A DNA stretch of 64,000 bases from Tuwongella immobilis (GTDB lineage Bacteria; Planctomycetota; Planctomycetia; Gemmatales; Gemmataceae): positions 1,152,920-1,216,919 of the forward strand of contig NZ_LR593887.1 of assembly GCF_901538355.1 (NCBI RefSeq). Direction: 5' to 3'. This document shows positions 1 to 10,400 of this stretch, piece after piece. Positions within the stretch are counted from its first letter, which is position 1, and every line of letters starts with the position of its first letter. The translations under genes and the position numbers were made by a program. The notes under the pieces are model-generated. The model was not told the DNA's origin and did no database searches. It saw nothing but the letters and a program-made list of their open reading frames with translations.

Positions 1-36
1 GTACGGGAGCGGGGACGGAAGCGGGGACGGAAGCGG

Positions 37-1320
37 GTGAAGGGGCAGATCATGCAACGACGGGAATTCATCGCATCGGTGACGGCATCGGTAGCGGCAT
101 CGGCGACGACTTTGGTGACGGGGACGGGCGGATTCGGGAATCCATCTGGGGCCGCTTCCGCCGAGAAGCCGAAACGGATTCTCTTGCGATCGTCGTGGCA
201 GACGGTCAACATCGGCGACATTGCCCACACGCCGGGCATGCTCGCGCTGTTGGAACAGCATCAACCGCAAGCCGAGGTCACGCTCTGGCCCAGCCCGCTC
301 TCCGCAGAAGTGGAAACGCTGCTGCTGCGTCGCTTCCCCCGGTTGAAAATCGCCAAGACTCCCGCCGAGCAATCCGCCGCGTTGGAGGCATGCGATTTCG
401 TGCTGCATGGATCGGGGCCGGGGTTGGTCGGTGCCGCCGCCATGGAACGCGCTCGCAAGGCGGGCAAACCCTACGGTTTCGGCGGAGTCACGCTGAACGA
501 CGACGAATTGAAGAAACATCGCGATTTGCTCAGCGGCGCGCAATTTCTGTTCACCCGCGATACCGATTCGCTGCGGGCATTTCGCAAGGCGGAAATCGCC
601 GGCCCGACCAGCGAATTTGGCCCCGATGCGACCTTTGCGCTGGATTTGCGCGATGAGTCGGCCGCCGATCGGCTGTTGAAGCAGCATCAACTCGACGCCG
701 GCAAGTTTCTGGTGGCCGTCCCCCGATTGCGCTGGACGCCGTACTGGGAAATTCACCCCGAACGCACGAAGCCCAACCCCGAACGCAGTGCCATCAACGA
801 GGCATTCGCCGAGCGCGACCACGCCAAGATGCGGCAAGCGATTGTGGCCTGGGTGGAACAGACCGGCATGCGCGTGCTGCTGGCCCCGGAAATGACGTAT
901 GCCGTGCCGCGATTGCGTCCGCTGCTGTTCGATCCGCTGCCAGCGGCGATTCAGAAGCAGGTCGCCGTTATGGATCGCTATTGGCTGACCGCAGAGGCCG
1001 CCTCGGTGTATGCGCGGGCCGGTGCGGTGCTGAGTTTTGAGATGCATTCGCCGATTATGGCGATTTCTGCCGGAGTTCCCGCAATTCATCTGCGTCAGCC
1101 GACCGATACTCGCAAGGGGCAAATGTGGCGGGACATCGGATTGAATGCGTGGTTGTTCGAGATCGACGGCACTACCGGGGAGCCAATTGCCGCCGCAACC
1201 GTTGCCATCGGGCGCGATTTGCCCGCCGCTCGCAAGCAGGCCGCCCAAGCGCGCCGCACGGCGAATGATCGCATGGCCGCGATGGTGTCGGCGATTGCGA
1301 TTCCGGCGAAGTCGAACTGA
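37..1320 (+). CDS. Polysaccharide pyruvyl transferase-family protein with Tat-like signal (RREFIASVTASVAASA)
   Basis: 427-aa ORF. N-terminal twin-arginine-like motif. 'SWQTVNIGDIAHTPGMLALL' resembles the pyruvyl transferase (CsaB-like) N-terminal motif. Long ORF with protein-like composition. Confidence 0.5.
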   Translation: MKGQIMQRREFIASVTASVAASATTLVTGTGGFGNPSGAASAEKPKRILLRSSWQTVNIGDIAHTPGMLALLEQHQPQAEVTLWPSPLSAEVETLLLRRFPRLKIAKTPAEQSAALEACDFVLHGSGPGLVGAAAMERARKAGKPYGFGGVTLNDDELKKHRDLLSGAQFLFTRDTDSLRAFRKAEIAGPTSEFGPDATFALDLRDESAADRLLKQHQLDAGKFLVAVPRLRWTPYWEIHPERTKPNPERSAINEAFAERDHAKMRQAIVAWVEQTGMRVLLAPEMTYAVPRLRPLLFDPLPAAIQKQVAVMDRYWLTAEAASVYARAGAVLSFEMHSPIMAISAGVPAIHLRQPTDTRKGQMWRDIGLNAWLFEIDGTTGEPIAAATVAIGRDLPAARKQAAQARRTANDRMAAMVSAIAIPAKSN

Positions 1321-1364
1321 GTTTTCCGCAGTCGCGGGGGAATTGTGGAGCAAGGATCCATTCT

Positions 1365-1904
1365 GTGAGCGAGCAACCCGAACTGGTGGAAGTCACGGAT
1401 CTGTCGCTACTTCCGGCGATTGGCAGGCTGCGTGTGCGGGCGTGGCAAACGGAATTGAGTCAGCCGCCGACCATGGAATCTTGGTTGGATGATTGGGATG
1501 CCACGGCGCGGCACTGGGCGTTTCTGCTGGCCGGGCAGCCAGTCGCCGCCGCTCGCATGACCATTCACGATTCCCTGGAGACGCTCCCGGATGCGCCGGT
1601 GTATGCGGGCATTTTCCCCGAGCCGCCCCCCGGACCGATCGCCTCGCTGAATCGGCTGGTGGTCGATCCGGCCTTCCGTCGCGGCGGCATGGGGACGGCA
1701 CTGGATCGCATCCGAATCGCCGCCGCCGAGGCCGCCGGGTGTCGATCGATTGTCGGCTCCAGTTCCGCCGATCGCCGCATCGCTCAATTGCAATCGCATG
1801 GTTTTATCATTGTTGGACGACAGAACAAGAATCCGCAGCCGATTTACCGCGAACGCGGGCTACAAGCCGTCCTCTGGTTACCACTTCCACGGGAGCAATC
1901 ATGA
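1365..1904 (+). CDS. GNAT-family N-acetyltransferase
   Basis: 179-aa ORF. Acetyl-CoA binding-like motif 'RLVVDPAFRRGGMGTALD'. Stop codon overlaps the next ATG (ATGA at 1901-1904). Confidence 0.6.
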   Translation: MSEQPELVEVTDLSLLPAIGRLRVRAWQTELSQPPTMESWLDDWDATARHWAFLLAGQPVAAARMTIHDSLETLPDAPVYAGIFPEPPPGPIASLNRLVVDPAFRRGGMGTALDRIRIAAAEAAGCRSIVGSSSADRRIAQLQSHGFIIVGRQNKNPQPIYRERGLQAVLWLPLPREQS

Positions 1905-2698
1905 CCGACTCGTTCATGCCTCGATCCAACCGTCGCGGATATCAATTCGAGATCGCAATCGGGGTGGTGATCCTGCTGATCGGCGGGATTTGGCTGGTTC
2001 AAGAAGTGAACCGGGTGCGTGTCACCGCGTCGCGCATGGCGTCGCTCTGAAACCTCAAGCAGCTCTCGTTGGCGGTCGCCAACTACCGAGAAGCGAATGG
2101 ACATTTTCCGCCGGCCTGGGTGATGGGACCGGACGGCAAACCGTGGCATAGCTGGCGCGTGCTGATTCTTCCGTACCTCGACGAAGCCTTGTCGGAACAA
2201 TATCGCTTGGATGAGCCGTGGGATGGACCCAACAACCGGAAGTTGTGGGACAAGATGCCCAAGACGTTCAAAACGACGCATCGCCAGGAAGCGAATCACC
2301 GATTCACCACCTACTTGGCGATTACCGGAGATGCGGCGGTCTGGGCGGGTGCCGAGAAACGATTGGAACAGGACATCACCGATTGGGATTCTGAGACGTT
2401 GTTGCTGGTGGAAAATGATCAGCAGGGGGTGATTTGGACCGAGCCACGGGATCTGCCGATTGAGCAATTCGATGGTGAAATCGATTCACCGAACGGAATC
2501 TGTGGACCCTACGAGAGGCCGGCAGCGGCTTTCGTCGATGGCCTGGTCGTGAGTTTTGATCCCAAGACGCCGGCAAAGGTGCTACGCGCCATGGCGACCC
2601 GCGCGGGTGGGGAACGGCTGGATCAGGACAACCAGGGGCTATGGCGAATCATTGAGGATGGGCGGAAGCGGCTGTTGCGAAAATTGCCGAAGGAATGA
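1901..2698 (+). pseudogene. DUF1559-like prepilin-type protein interrupted by a single in-frame TGA (2048..2050), with a degenerate leader
   Basis: ORFs 1493..2050 and 2069..2698 are in the same frame, separated only by TGA. Upstream part: 'RRGYQFEIAIGVVILLIGGIWLV..RVTASRMASL*'. Downstream part: 'NLKQLSLAVANYREANGHFPP...ILPYLDE' (DUF1559 core). Compare the intact paralog at 29291: '[19 protein letters not shown]'. Confidence 0.45.
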
Positions 2699-2773
2699 CC
2701 AGGAATCTGCCGAAGCATCGGGCATAGAAGCATCGTCGGCGACGGACCCAACGAGTGAAAAGGAGTTTACTCG

Positions 2774-3859
2774 ATGCAGGGACGCATGACGGAAGAGCGT
2801 CGGCAGGACGGCACCGGGCCGCGCGTCAGCGGCGAAGGATGGTGGTTGGTTCAGACAATCATCCTGGTGAGCGTCGTTCTCATCAACATCATCGGTTGGG
2901 GGCGGCTTCTCGGCAAGCATCCCGATCCTGCGCCATCTCGGGTGCCGTCGAGTGCGCGAGCGCCGATGGCCAAAGACGACACGCCGCCGGTGGCCAAGCC
3001 CGCGACGGGGTTGCGTCCGCTGCTATATCCGGCTGATGCGGCGCGTCTCTCGCCAGAGATGCGGAAGCTGGTCGATGCCATTCGCAATCCGCAATCGCCG
3101 CAGATTCCTCCTGAGCAATTTCAATCCGCGAAATCCGACGCGAGCCGAATCTATGCGCGCTTGGTCACGCGAAAATTCGTGCTGGATGGTTCGCGACTGA
3201 CTCCCACGGCGATGGTCGGGGGGCGGCCGTATGTGTTTGTGGCGGCGCCGCAAACCATGGTGGGGCGAAATCTGCTGCAAATCTATTCGGCGATTGGCTA
3301 TGTGGCGGAAGATGTGCTGCTGGATGAATTGGGCCAAGAGAAGGTGATTTTGCTGCTGCGCTGGCCGCAAGTGCTGCAAACGACGGATCGCCCAGAAGAC
3401 CGCGATTCGGCCTGGGATCAGCGGATTTACCCCGCGACGTGGGACAATCTGCTGATGCTACTGGATCGCTATGCCCGGCAGCCGGATCGCATCGCTTATC
3501 CGCCATTCAACGGACCTGCCATTTTGGAACAATTGCGGTTATCGTCTCCCCAACAACGTGAGTTCGTGCTGGGATTCCCGGAAGCGGGGAAACAGCGCGT
3601 GCGGACGGTGCCGTATGCGCTGCTCCAGGCGGCGGGGGGAGCGGATTGGGAATATCGGCAGATTCTCGAACGGGCATTCTCAGCAACGGTGCATTACACC
3701 GGCGATGGCAACACGTTGCCCACGCTCATCCGCCGCGGAACCGTCCCCAAGGGATTTCCCGAATTCCTCGCCCCCAACCGCAAACTCACGGAGTTGGAAG
3801 AAGTCGCCATCATCGGTGTCGGTTCGCTGAATCTGACCGAGCAGCCAAGCCAACGCTGA
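2774..3859 (+). CDS. Hypothetical membrane-anchored protein
   Basis: 361-aa ORF. AAGGAG 8 nt upstream of the ATG. One N-terminal TM helix (WWLVQTIILVSVVLINIIGW). No recognisable motif. Confidence 0.5.
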   Translation: MQGRMTEERRQDGTGPRVSGEGWWLVQTIILVSVVLINIIGWGRLLGKHPDPAPSRVPSSARAPMAKDDTPPVAKPATGLRPLLYPADAARLSPEMRKLVDAIRNPQSPQIPPEQFQSAKSDASRIYARLVTRKFVLDGSRLTPTAMVGGRPYVFVAAPQTMVGRNLLQIYSAIGYVAEDVLLDELGQEKVILLLRWPQVLQTTDRPEDRDSAWDQRIYPATWDNLLMLLDRYARQPDRIAYPPFNGPAILEQLRLSSPQQREFVLGFPEAGKQRVRTVPYALLQAAGGADWEYRQILERAFSATVHYTGDGNTLPTLIRRGTVPKGFPEFLAPNRKLTELEEVAIIGVGSLNLTEQPSQR

Positions 3860-3975
3860 AGCGGTCACAGATCGGAACGAAGTCGGTGGATGGTTCGGCC
3901 AATCGCGCTTGCTGCGATTCTGAAATCACAAGTCGCGCCAAGTCGGCGATAAATCAGTTGCGAAATGAGGATAGA

Positions 3976-4362
3976 ATGAAGCGGAATTTGATCTGTTTTG
4001 TGGAAATCCCGGTGCTGGATCTGGATCGGGCAGTCCCGTTCTTCGAGAAGCTCTTTGATGTGCAACTGAACCGGCTCGAAGTCGATGGCAATCACATGGC
4101 GATGTTCCCGGACGATATGGACGCCCCTGGTGTGAGCCCGGCGTTGGTACACGCCAAAGGCTATGCCCCCAGCGATACCGGCTGTCGCGTCTACTTCGGT
4201 GTCGAGGATATTGACGCGACGTTGGCCAAAGTCCATTCCCTGGGCGGCACCACGAACTACCCGAAAACCTGCATCGGCGAATATGGTTGGGTGGCCGAGT
4301 TCCGCGATCTGGAAGGCAACATCCTCGGCTTGCATTCTCCACCCACCGACATGCCCGCCTGA
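3976..4362 (+). CDS. VOC / glyoxalase-family protein
   Basis: About 128 aa from ATG 3976 (GAGGA upstream). 'FVEIPVLDLDRAVPFFEKLF....GYAP...GCRVYFGVEDIDATLAKV...GG' fits the glyoxalase/bleomycin-resistance fold pattern. Confidence 0.7.
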   Translation: MKRNLICFVEIPVLDLDRAVPFFEKLFDVQLNRLEVDGNHMAMFPDDMDAPGVSPALVHAKGYAPSDTGCRVYFGVEDIDATLAKVHSLGGTTNYPKTCIGEYGWVAEFRDLEGNILGLHSPPTDMPA

Positions 4363-4548
4363 GTGGTTGGTGTAGATTAGTGCGGATGTCGCAGGTCAGG
4401 AGGTTCGCCGAGAGTTCCATTGCTCCGGGGGAAACTCCCGGCCATTTTCCGCGATGGATTGCTCGGGTGACGATTTTTTGTGAAAGACCTGTTCGGCGCG
4501 GCCCATTCTCTTGGTAAGAGTTCCCGCGATTTCCAACCGAGGATGGTC

Positions 4549-5022
4549 ATGCGATACGCAGGTTCGGTCACACCCGTGCGATTGGTCGTTTGGGCCGTGC
4601 TGGGATTGCTGGCACGGTTCGTGATTCAATCCATGCCGACAAATCAATTTCCCGAGATGGCCTATCGGGGGATGCTGAAGTGGATTGCGGTGTGGTGTTT
4701 CGGGGGAGTTTGCTCCGATGTGCCGATGATCGCAATCCTTGGCATGGCGTGCATGTTGGGGCTGCTGACGGCGATGCTGCGACCCCGACGATGGACCTTG
4801 CGAATCGGGATGATTTCCATTCGTGGATTATGGCTGTTGGCGATGATTTCAATTTGGGTAGAGCCGTGGTTGGACCCCACGATTTATCCCGTACTCTGCG
4901 TGTTTCTGTTCGTGCGGCTGATCTTTTTGGTGGGCGATTTCGAACGAAGTATCGCCTGGTATGACTACATGACCGAGGTGCGGAGGGTGTTGGTTACCCA
5001 TCATCTCCAAAACTTGGAATGA
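4549..5022 (+). CDS. Hypothetical polytopic membrane protein
   Basis: ORF 4480..5022 with several hydrophobic helices. Start uncertain. Confidence 0.35.
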   Translation: MRYAGSVTPVRLVVWAVLGLLARFVIQSMPTNQFPEMAYRGMLKWIAVWCFGGVCSDVPMIAILGMACMLGLLTAMLRPRRWTLRIGMISIRGLWLLAMISIWVEPWLDPTIYPVLCVFLFVRLIFLVGDFERSIAWYDYMTEVRRVLVTHHLQNLE

Positions 5023-5086
5023 TTCTCCCCGCAGCGAGTGGCACCCCGATTCCGGGTGGCTCGTTGCGGGGCAGTGTCGGCAAGGA

Positions 5087-5884
5087 TTACAGCAGACTTT
5101 CCAGCAGATACTTCAGGGTGCGCACTTCCGGCTCGACCGAGAACGACGATTCGCCGCTATCGCGGATATCCACCGTCAGGGTTCGCTGGTAGCGTTCGCG
5201 TTCCAGGGTGTTGATGAGTTTGCCGTACTCGATCACCCCTTGGCCGATTCGCACTTGGAATTGGCCGTCTTTCTTGCCCGTGTCGCGCAGTTGCACATGC
5301 TGCACGAAGCGGACGAGATGATCGAAATCATCGGTCCGGTGCGGGCCTTGGATGTAATGGCTGGGGTCCAAGGTGATGCCCAAGCCCGGCACGCGCTTGC
5401 AGAGTTCGATGGCACCCAGCGGATCGGCGGTGAGCGTGTTGCTGTTGGTTTCCACCGACAGAATCACCCCTTCCGCGGCCACAATCCGATTCCATTCCTG
5501 CAGACGGACCACCTCGGCGGCGAAATCGCTTCCCAGGGGGCTGGCCAGCACGGTCATCACCGGCACGGTCATGACTCTCGCCAAGCGAGCGCAGGCTTGC
5601 AAGTGCAGGCGTTGCGTGGCAATGTCACCGGCCAATTCCAGATGCAGGGCGGCAATCGTAATGTTGAAGGTGCGCAGATGCTGCACCACGCGGGGCATAT
5701 CCGCAGCCACTTCGGATGGCTTGAGATGATGGCCCGATTCGTGAATCGCGAGATCCACTTTTTGAAAGCGAAGTTCCCGAATCCGTTGCAATGCCGCGGA
5801 CAGCGGAACCTTTCCGTAACATAGCGTCGAACACGCAACAAACACGGCTGCTCCTCCGTGATAGTCGCCAATGGTCACTCGCAA
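5087..5884 (-). CDS. Sugar phosphate isomerase/epimerase (xylose isomerase-like TIM barrel)
   Basis: 265-aa ORF. 'LAIHESGHHL', 'VLSVETNSNTL', 'DPSHYIQGP' are typical of AP-endonuclease 2 / xylose-isomerase-like TIM barrels. Confidence 0.65.
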   Translation of the reverse strand: MRVTIGDYHGGAAVFVACSTLCYGKVPLSAALQRIRELRFQKVDLAIHESGHHLKPSEVAADMPRVVQHLRTFNITIAALHLELAGDIATQRLHLQACARLARVMTVPVMTVLASPLGSDFAAEVVRLQEWNRIVAAEGVILSVETNSNTLTADPLGAIELCKRVPGLGITLDPSHYIQGPHRTDDFDHLVRFVQHVQLRDTGKKDGQFQVRIGQGVIEYGKLINTLERERYQRTLTVDIRDSGESSFSVEPEVRTLKYLLESLL

Positions 5885-6102
5885 CTGACTCCGCTGTCAG
5901 GCAAGCGTGAGGTTCCTGGTGGCTCAATCGAAAGCGGCGTATACCCCGGAATTTCCAGGCAAACAAGCCCAATCTGTCCGGGGGGACTCGGTCGCGGATT
6001 CTGCGAGAAATCACCGTGGATTTTTTCCGAATCGGTCGCTATCCACCGCGATCCTTGGCGTCGCTTGAAGTTCCGCGAGCCGATCTTTGGGGGAGGATGG
6101 CG

Positions 6103-6525
6103 ATGGAATGGGGGAGCATGACGGGGCCGACGGGCGATCCGCGGCCATCGTCCTGGGAGGTGCTGGATCGCATCCGCGCCACCCTGGAAGCAACAATCGC
6201 CACGCTTCAACGTCAGGAAGATCACTGGCTTCAAGCGAGTTTGTCGGACGCCGGGGAGAATGTTGCCGGGGCGAAGGCCGTGCAGTTTACGCAAACGCTG
6301 GATCGCTTGGGGGAGCGATTTGCCGATTGGCAAGAGCGGGTCGATTCGGTGATTCGCCAATCGCGGCTCACGGATCTTGCACTCGCGGAATCGGCGGTGG
6401 CGTTGCGGCGCTGGCATGAGCAGTTTCTGGGCATTCGCGATCGGCTGCACCAGGGGCCAACCTGGGACGATGCGACGGAGCCGGGGGCGGGTGGGGGACC
6501 CGCGCCCGGCGAGGCGGCGGCTTGA
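6103..6525 (+). CDS. Hypothetical helical protein
   Basis: ORF 6016..6525. Likely start at the second ATG after a GGGGGAGG run. No known motif. Confidence 0.35.
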   Translation: MEWGSMTGPTGDPRPSSWEVLDRIRATLEATIATLQRQEDHWLQASLSDAGENVAGAKAVQFTQTLDRLGERFADWQERVDSVIRQSRLTDLALAESAVALRRWHEQFLGIRDRLHQGPTWDDATEPGAGGGPAPGEAAA

Positions 6526-6595
6526 AATAAGCCTGCCAATCGATACAACCCCGGAGAGGGACTCTGCGACGACCCACTCTCCGGGAGGACCGGCC

Positions 6596-7336
6596 ATGTC
6601 TCGTTTTGCCGTGATTATCCCCGCGGCGGGCCAATCGACCCGATTTGGGGGCCAGCAAAAGAAGCCATTTCTCCCCCTTGCGGGACGACCCATTTGGTTG
6701 CGCACCGTCGAACTTTTTGTCACCCGGCCCGATGTCGAGCAGGTGATGCTCGTGATTTCGCCGGATGATCGTGAGGAGTTCCAGCGGCGGTTCGGACCGA
6801 ATCTCATTTTCCTGGATATTGATCTGGTCGATGGCGGCGCGGAACGCTTTGAATCGGTGGCCAATGCCCTGGCCAAACTGCGCGATGCGGTCACGCATGT
6901 GGCCGTGCATGATGCCGTTCGACCGGGAGCAACCGCCGAATTGATCGATGCGGTTTTTCGTCGCGCGGAACAGACCGGCGGCGCAATCCCCGCGTTGCCC
7001 GTGGCCGATACGCTCAAGCGCGTCGATGGCGATCTGCGCATCACCGGCACCGTCCCCCGACAGGGATTATGGCAAGCCCAGACGCCGCAAGCCTTTCGGC
7101 GGGATTGGCTGTGCGATGCCTACGCACGGCGGCACACGATTGCCGAGGCGATTACCGACGATGCCCAATTGGTGGAAGCCTGCGGGCATGCCGTGTCGGT
7201 CGTGTCGGGGCTAGTGACGAACTTCAAAATCACGACCAAGACGGATCTGGATTTGGCCGAATTGCTCCACCGCGCGACGCATGATCTGCCCACCGAACCG
7301 AAGCCAGGCCGACCATTTGACGATGAATCGTATTGA
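6596..7336 (+). CDS. ispD: 2-C-methyl-D-erythritol 4-phosphate cytidylyltransferase
   Basis: 'FAVIIPAAGQSTRFGG..KPFL.LAG.P' N-terminal IspD signature. 'VAVHDAVRP', 'QTPQAF'. GGGAGG upstream of ATG 6596. Confidence 0.85.
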   Translation: MSRFAVIIPAAGQSTRFGGQQKKPFLPLAGRPIWLRTVELFVTRPDVEQVMLVISPDDREEFQRRFGPNLIFLDIDLVDGGAERFESVANALAKLRDAVTHVAVHDAVRPGATAELIDAVFRRAEQTGGAIPALPVADTLKRVDGDLRITGTVPRQGLWQAQTPQAFRRDWLCDAYARRHTIAEAITDDAQLVEACGHAVSVVSGLVTNFKITTKTDLDLAELLHRATHDLPTEPKPGRPFDDESY

Positions 7337-7408
7337 TGCTGGGCGGGAGCGGCGAACTCGGGAGAATTCGCGGAAGGTGACCGGATGGATGGCGGATGCT
7401 CCGCCGGG

Positions 7409-10400
7409 TTAGCGGGTCAAATTCATCTCTTGGAGTCGAGCGTTGAGTTGGTCCAAATCCCAGAGATGGACACCGCGTTCGCCGCGACAGGTAATGGTGA
7501 GAAATCGCCCATCGGCGGATTTGCTCATGGAGGTGATCTCGGCATCCAGATGGGTGCTGAGCAGTTCCACCGGCTGACCATCGACAATCTGCCAGCAGCG
7601 CATGCGGCGGTCTTTGCCGGCAGTGAGAAATTGGTGCTGCTTCAGGAACAGAATCACTTCGACATGATCGGCGTGCGGCTGCCAATGATAGACCGAATCG
7701 GGCCGCTCGATCGAAATCAGATGGCAATGTCCGGATTGACTGCCCGCAACAATCCATTCCTCTTCGGGGGAAATCGCAATCGCATCGAGCCGCACCCGAT
7801 TTTCGAAGGCAATCTCGTTCGGGACTGGGAGGCGGTTGGCTTTCGGGCGTTTCGCGGTGGTTGAAAACAGCCGCACAATGCCATCCACGCCACCGAATGC
7901 AGCCCAGCGCTGGCGAACATCGCCGCAGGCCATATCCCCCAACCCCGACAGCGGAGCCGAAAGGTTGTACCAACTTTCTTGCAATGCAGGGGTGAATTGC
8001 AAATCGGTCGAGAGAACTTGGGCCTTCAGCAGCAACCAGAGCCGATCATCGGGGGCAAGCACCACACTGGGACAATTGTCGCGTGTCTGATTGACCCGAA
8101 CCCGCGGCGGGGATTGCGAATCGTAGATCCGAAACGCATCTGTCACCGAAACCAGCCAATTCCGATTGGCGGTAAACTGCACCCGTGCCTCTTTGGAAGT
8201 GGTCCCCAATCGCTCGCCTGAGAATCGGCGCGTCGCCCGCAGAGGAGTATCCAGGCTCCACAGTTCGGGGGTTGGTCCGATATACGGGCCAGGATTATTC
8301 AGCAGCGTGGCCAATTGACTGCCATCCGGCGAAATGGCGGCCGCCAAGACATCGGTTGTCCCGGTCGCCACCACGCGATGCTCTTGTTGGCCCAGCACCT
8401 CATACAATTGGGTGCCGTCCATGCTGCTAATGGCCAAGAAGCGCCCGGATGGATCGAACGCTGGCACGACCCGCCCCGGCCCCACTCGCCAGCGGCTGAC
8501 CAATTGACCCAGGCAGATGTCGAACACTTCCACAGTTTGACTAAATTCATCGCAACAGACAATCAGGCGATCATTCGGACTGACGGCGAGGCTATTGCGG
8601 GCTTCATAAAAACTGGCCTCGGAATTGCGCAGGCGAAACGTGTAGGTGTGCGTGAGCGTATCCGGGCGATAGATTTCGAGAAATTCGTTGGCGGTGACCG
8701 CGAGCAGATTGCCAGATGGCGGAATGCAACTGAATGCTTCGGTGACCTTGTGATGCTGCCATTGGGCGTCGGAGGTGACGATTGGAGTGAGCGTGCGTGG
8801 CGCAAGCCGAGTCAGCGCATTGGCTTGCCCCAGGCAGATGACTTCGCCGGTCTTCGGATGCACCGCCATTCCGCCGATGCAATGCGGTTGGTGATGCTTG
8901 GCAATCAGCGATTTCGTGGCCAGATCCCAACAGCGAATTTCGCCATGCGAACCGATCTTGCACGCTTGAATGAGCGTGGAGTTGTCTGGCGAAAAGGCCA
9001 AATTGTAATTGCCCGATGGCACCGCGTTCGCATTCAACACGACCGGCGAATTCGTGGGCAAGCGCAGATCCCACAGATACAGCAGGTTGCTGCGCGAATG
9101 GGCTGCGACCCAATTGCCATCGGGGCTAATCGCCACGCCGTTGCAAAACTCCGGTCGCGGGGAGAGGAATCCACCGAGGACTTTCCCCGGGAAGGTCAGT
9201 GTGCGTTGCAGTTGCCCGGTTCGGAAATCGACGATTTTGATGCGCAAATCCGACGAATCCAAGACCCCGGTTCGTCCCTCAGCCAGCAGCACCGATCGGC
9301 CATCGGGATGGAAGGTCAAGTATCGGCAATAGAAATCGGGTTCGAGCGTTCGCAGTTCTCGAAAATCGGTGCCACCCAAGCAATCGAGCAGGGCAGCACG
9401 GAGATCGACGACGTTCCGATCCGGCGTGTCGATGCGCGACGCCTCGGCGATTCGGGACATGGCTTTCTCGCGCCAGCCGAATTCGCGTAAGTATAGTTGC
9501 CCGTAGGCTTCGCTTCGCAATCGGGCGTATTCGCTGGTGCGTTGAGCGGCGGCGTGGGCTTGGGCCAACTGTTCGGCGTTGGTGCGTTCCCGAATGGCGG
9601 TATCGTTTTTGGTGCGCAGTTCCCGTGCTCGGGCATCGGCGTCGAGCATTTGCAGGGTCGTAATGCCCAACACGACGACCAACAATCCGATGGTGGCGAG
9701 CGCGGCGCTGGCGATTTTGGCGGAAAGCGGATGTCGCTTCGACCAGAGTTTCAGACGATCAATCGACGATTGCCGACGCGCCAAAATCGGTTGATTGGCC
9801 AGAAAACTTCGCAGATCTGCCGCCAGGTCGCCGCAGGTGGCGTAGCGATCGGTCGGCGATTTGGCGACGCACTTCAGGTAAATCGTTTCCAAATCCCGAG
9901 TGCAATCGGTCCGAAATTCGCTCAAGCGTGGCGGTGGTGTCGATTGATGGGCGAGAATCTGTTCGGTCGGGCTGCCATCGAACAAGGTTCGACCGGTGAG
10001 TAATTCGAACAGCGTACAACCGAGGCTGTATTGATCGCTGGCGGCGATGCTGTTGCCATCGGCCTGTTCCGGGGCAATGTACGCGGGCGTGCCCAGGAGT
10101 GTGCCGGCGGCGGTGAGCCGTTCTTCGCCGGGGGCCAATCGGGTGGCCAGCCCGAAGTCCATCAGCAGCGGCTCGCCGCGCGAATCGAGCATGACATTCT
10201 GCGGTTTCACGTCGCGGTGGATAATTCCCGCGCAGTGTGCATAGTGCAACGCTTCTGCGAGTTTGAGGACGAGCGTGGCAATTTCCCGAATCGGACGCAG
10301 CGGGCGCTCTTCCGCCAGGAAGCAGAGTGGCACACCGTCGATGAACGGCGAGACCAGATAATAGCGGTCTCCAGCCTGATCGACTTCAAAAATCGGGAGA

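Noticed and set aside
1-36. Tandem 12-mer GCGGGGACGGAA x2 (plus a degenerate third) at the window start
   Set aside because: Too short and truncated by the window edge to interpret. Could be a fragment of a larger repeat or simply an SD-rich leader for the first ORF.
2048-2050. TGA as selenocysteine codon
   Set aside because: No SECIS-like stem-loop noticed downstream. DUF1559 proteins are not known selenoproteins. A nonsense mutation or sequencing error is more parsimonious. Kept only as a low-probability alternative.
5875-7050. 391-aa minus-strand ORF
   Set aside because: Overlaps ispD and the hypothetical gene on the opposite strand. Arg/Pro-rich junk composition.
8315-9490. 391-aa plus-strand ORF and other long ORFs inside the WD40 kinase gene
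   Set aside because: Antisense to a gene with unmistakable kinase and WD40 motifs.
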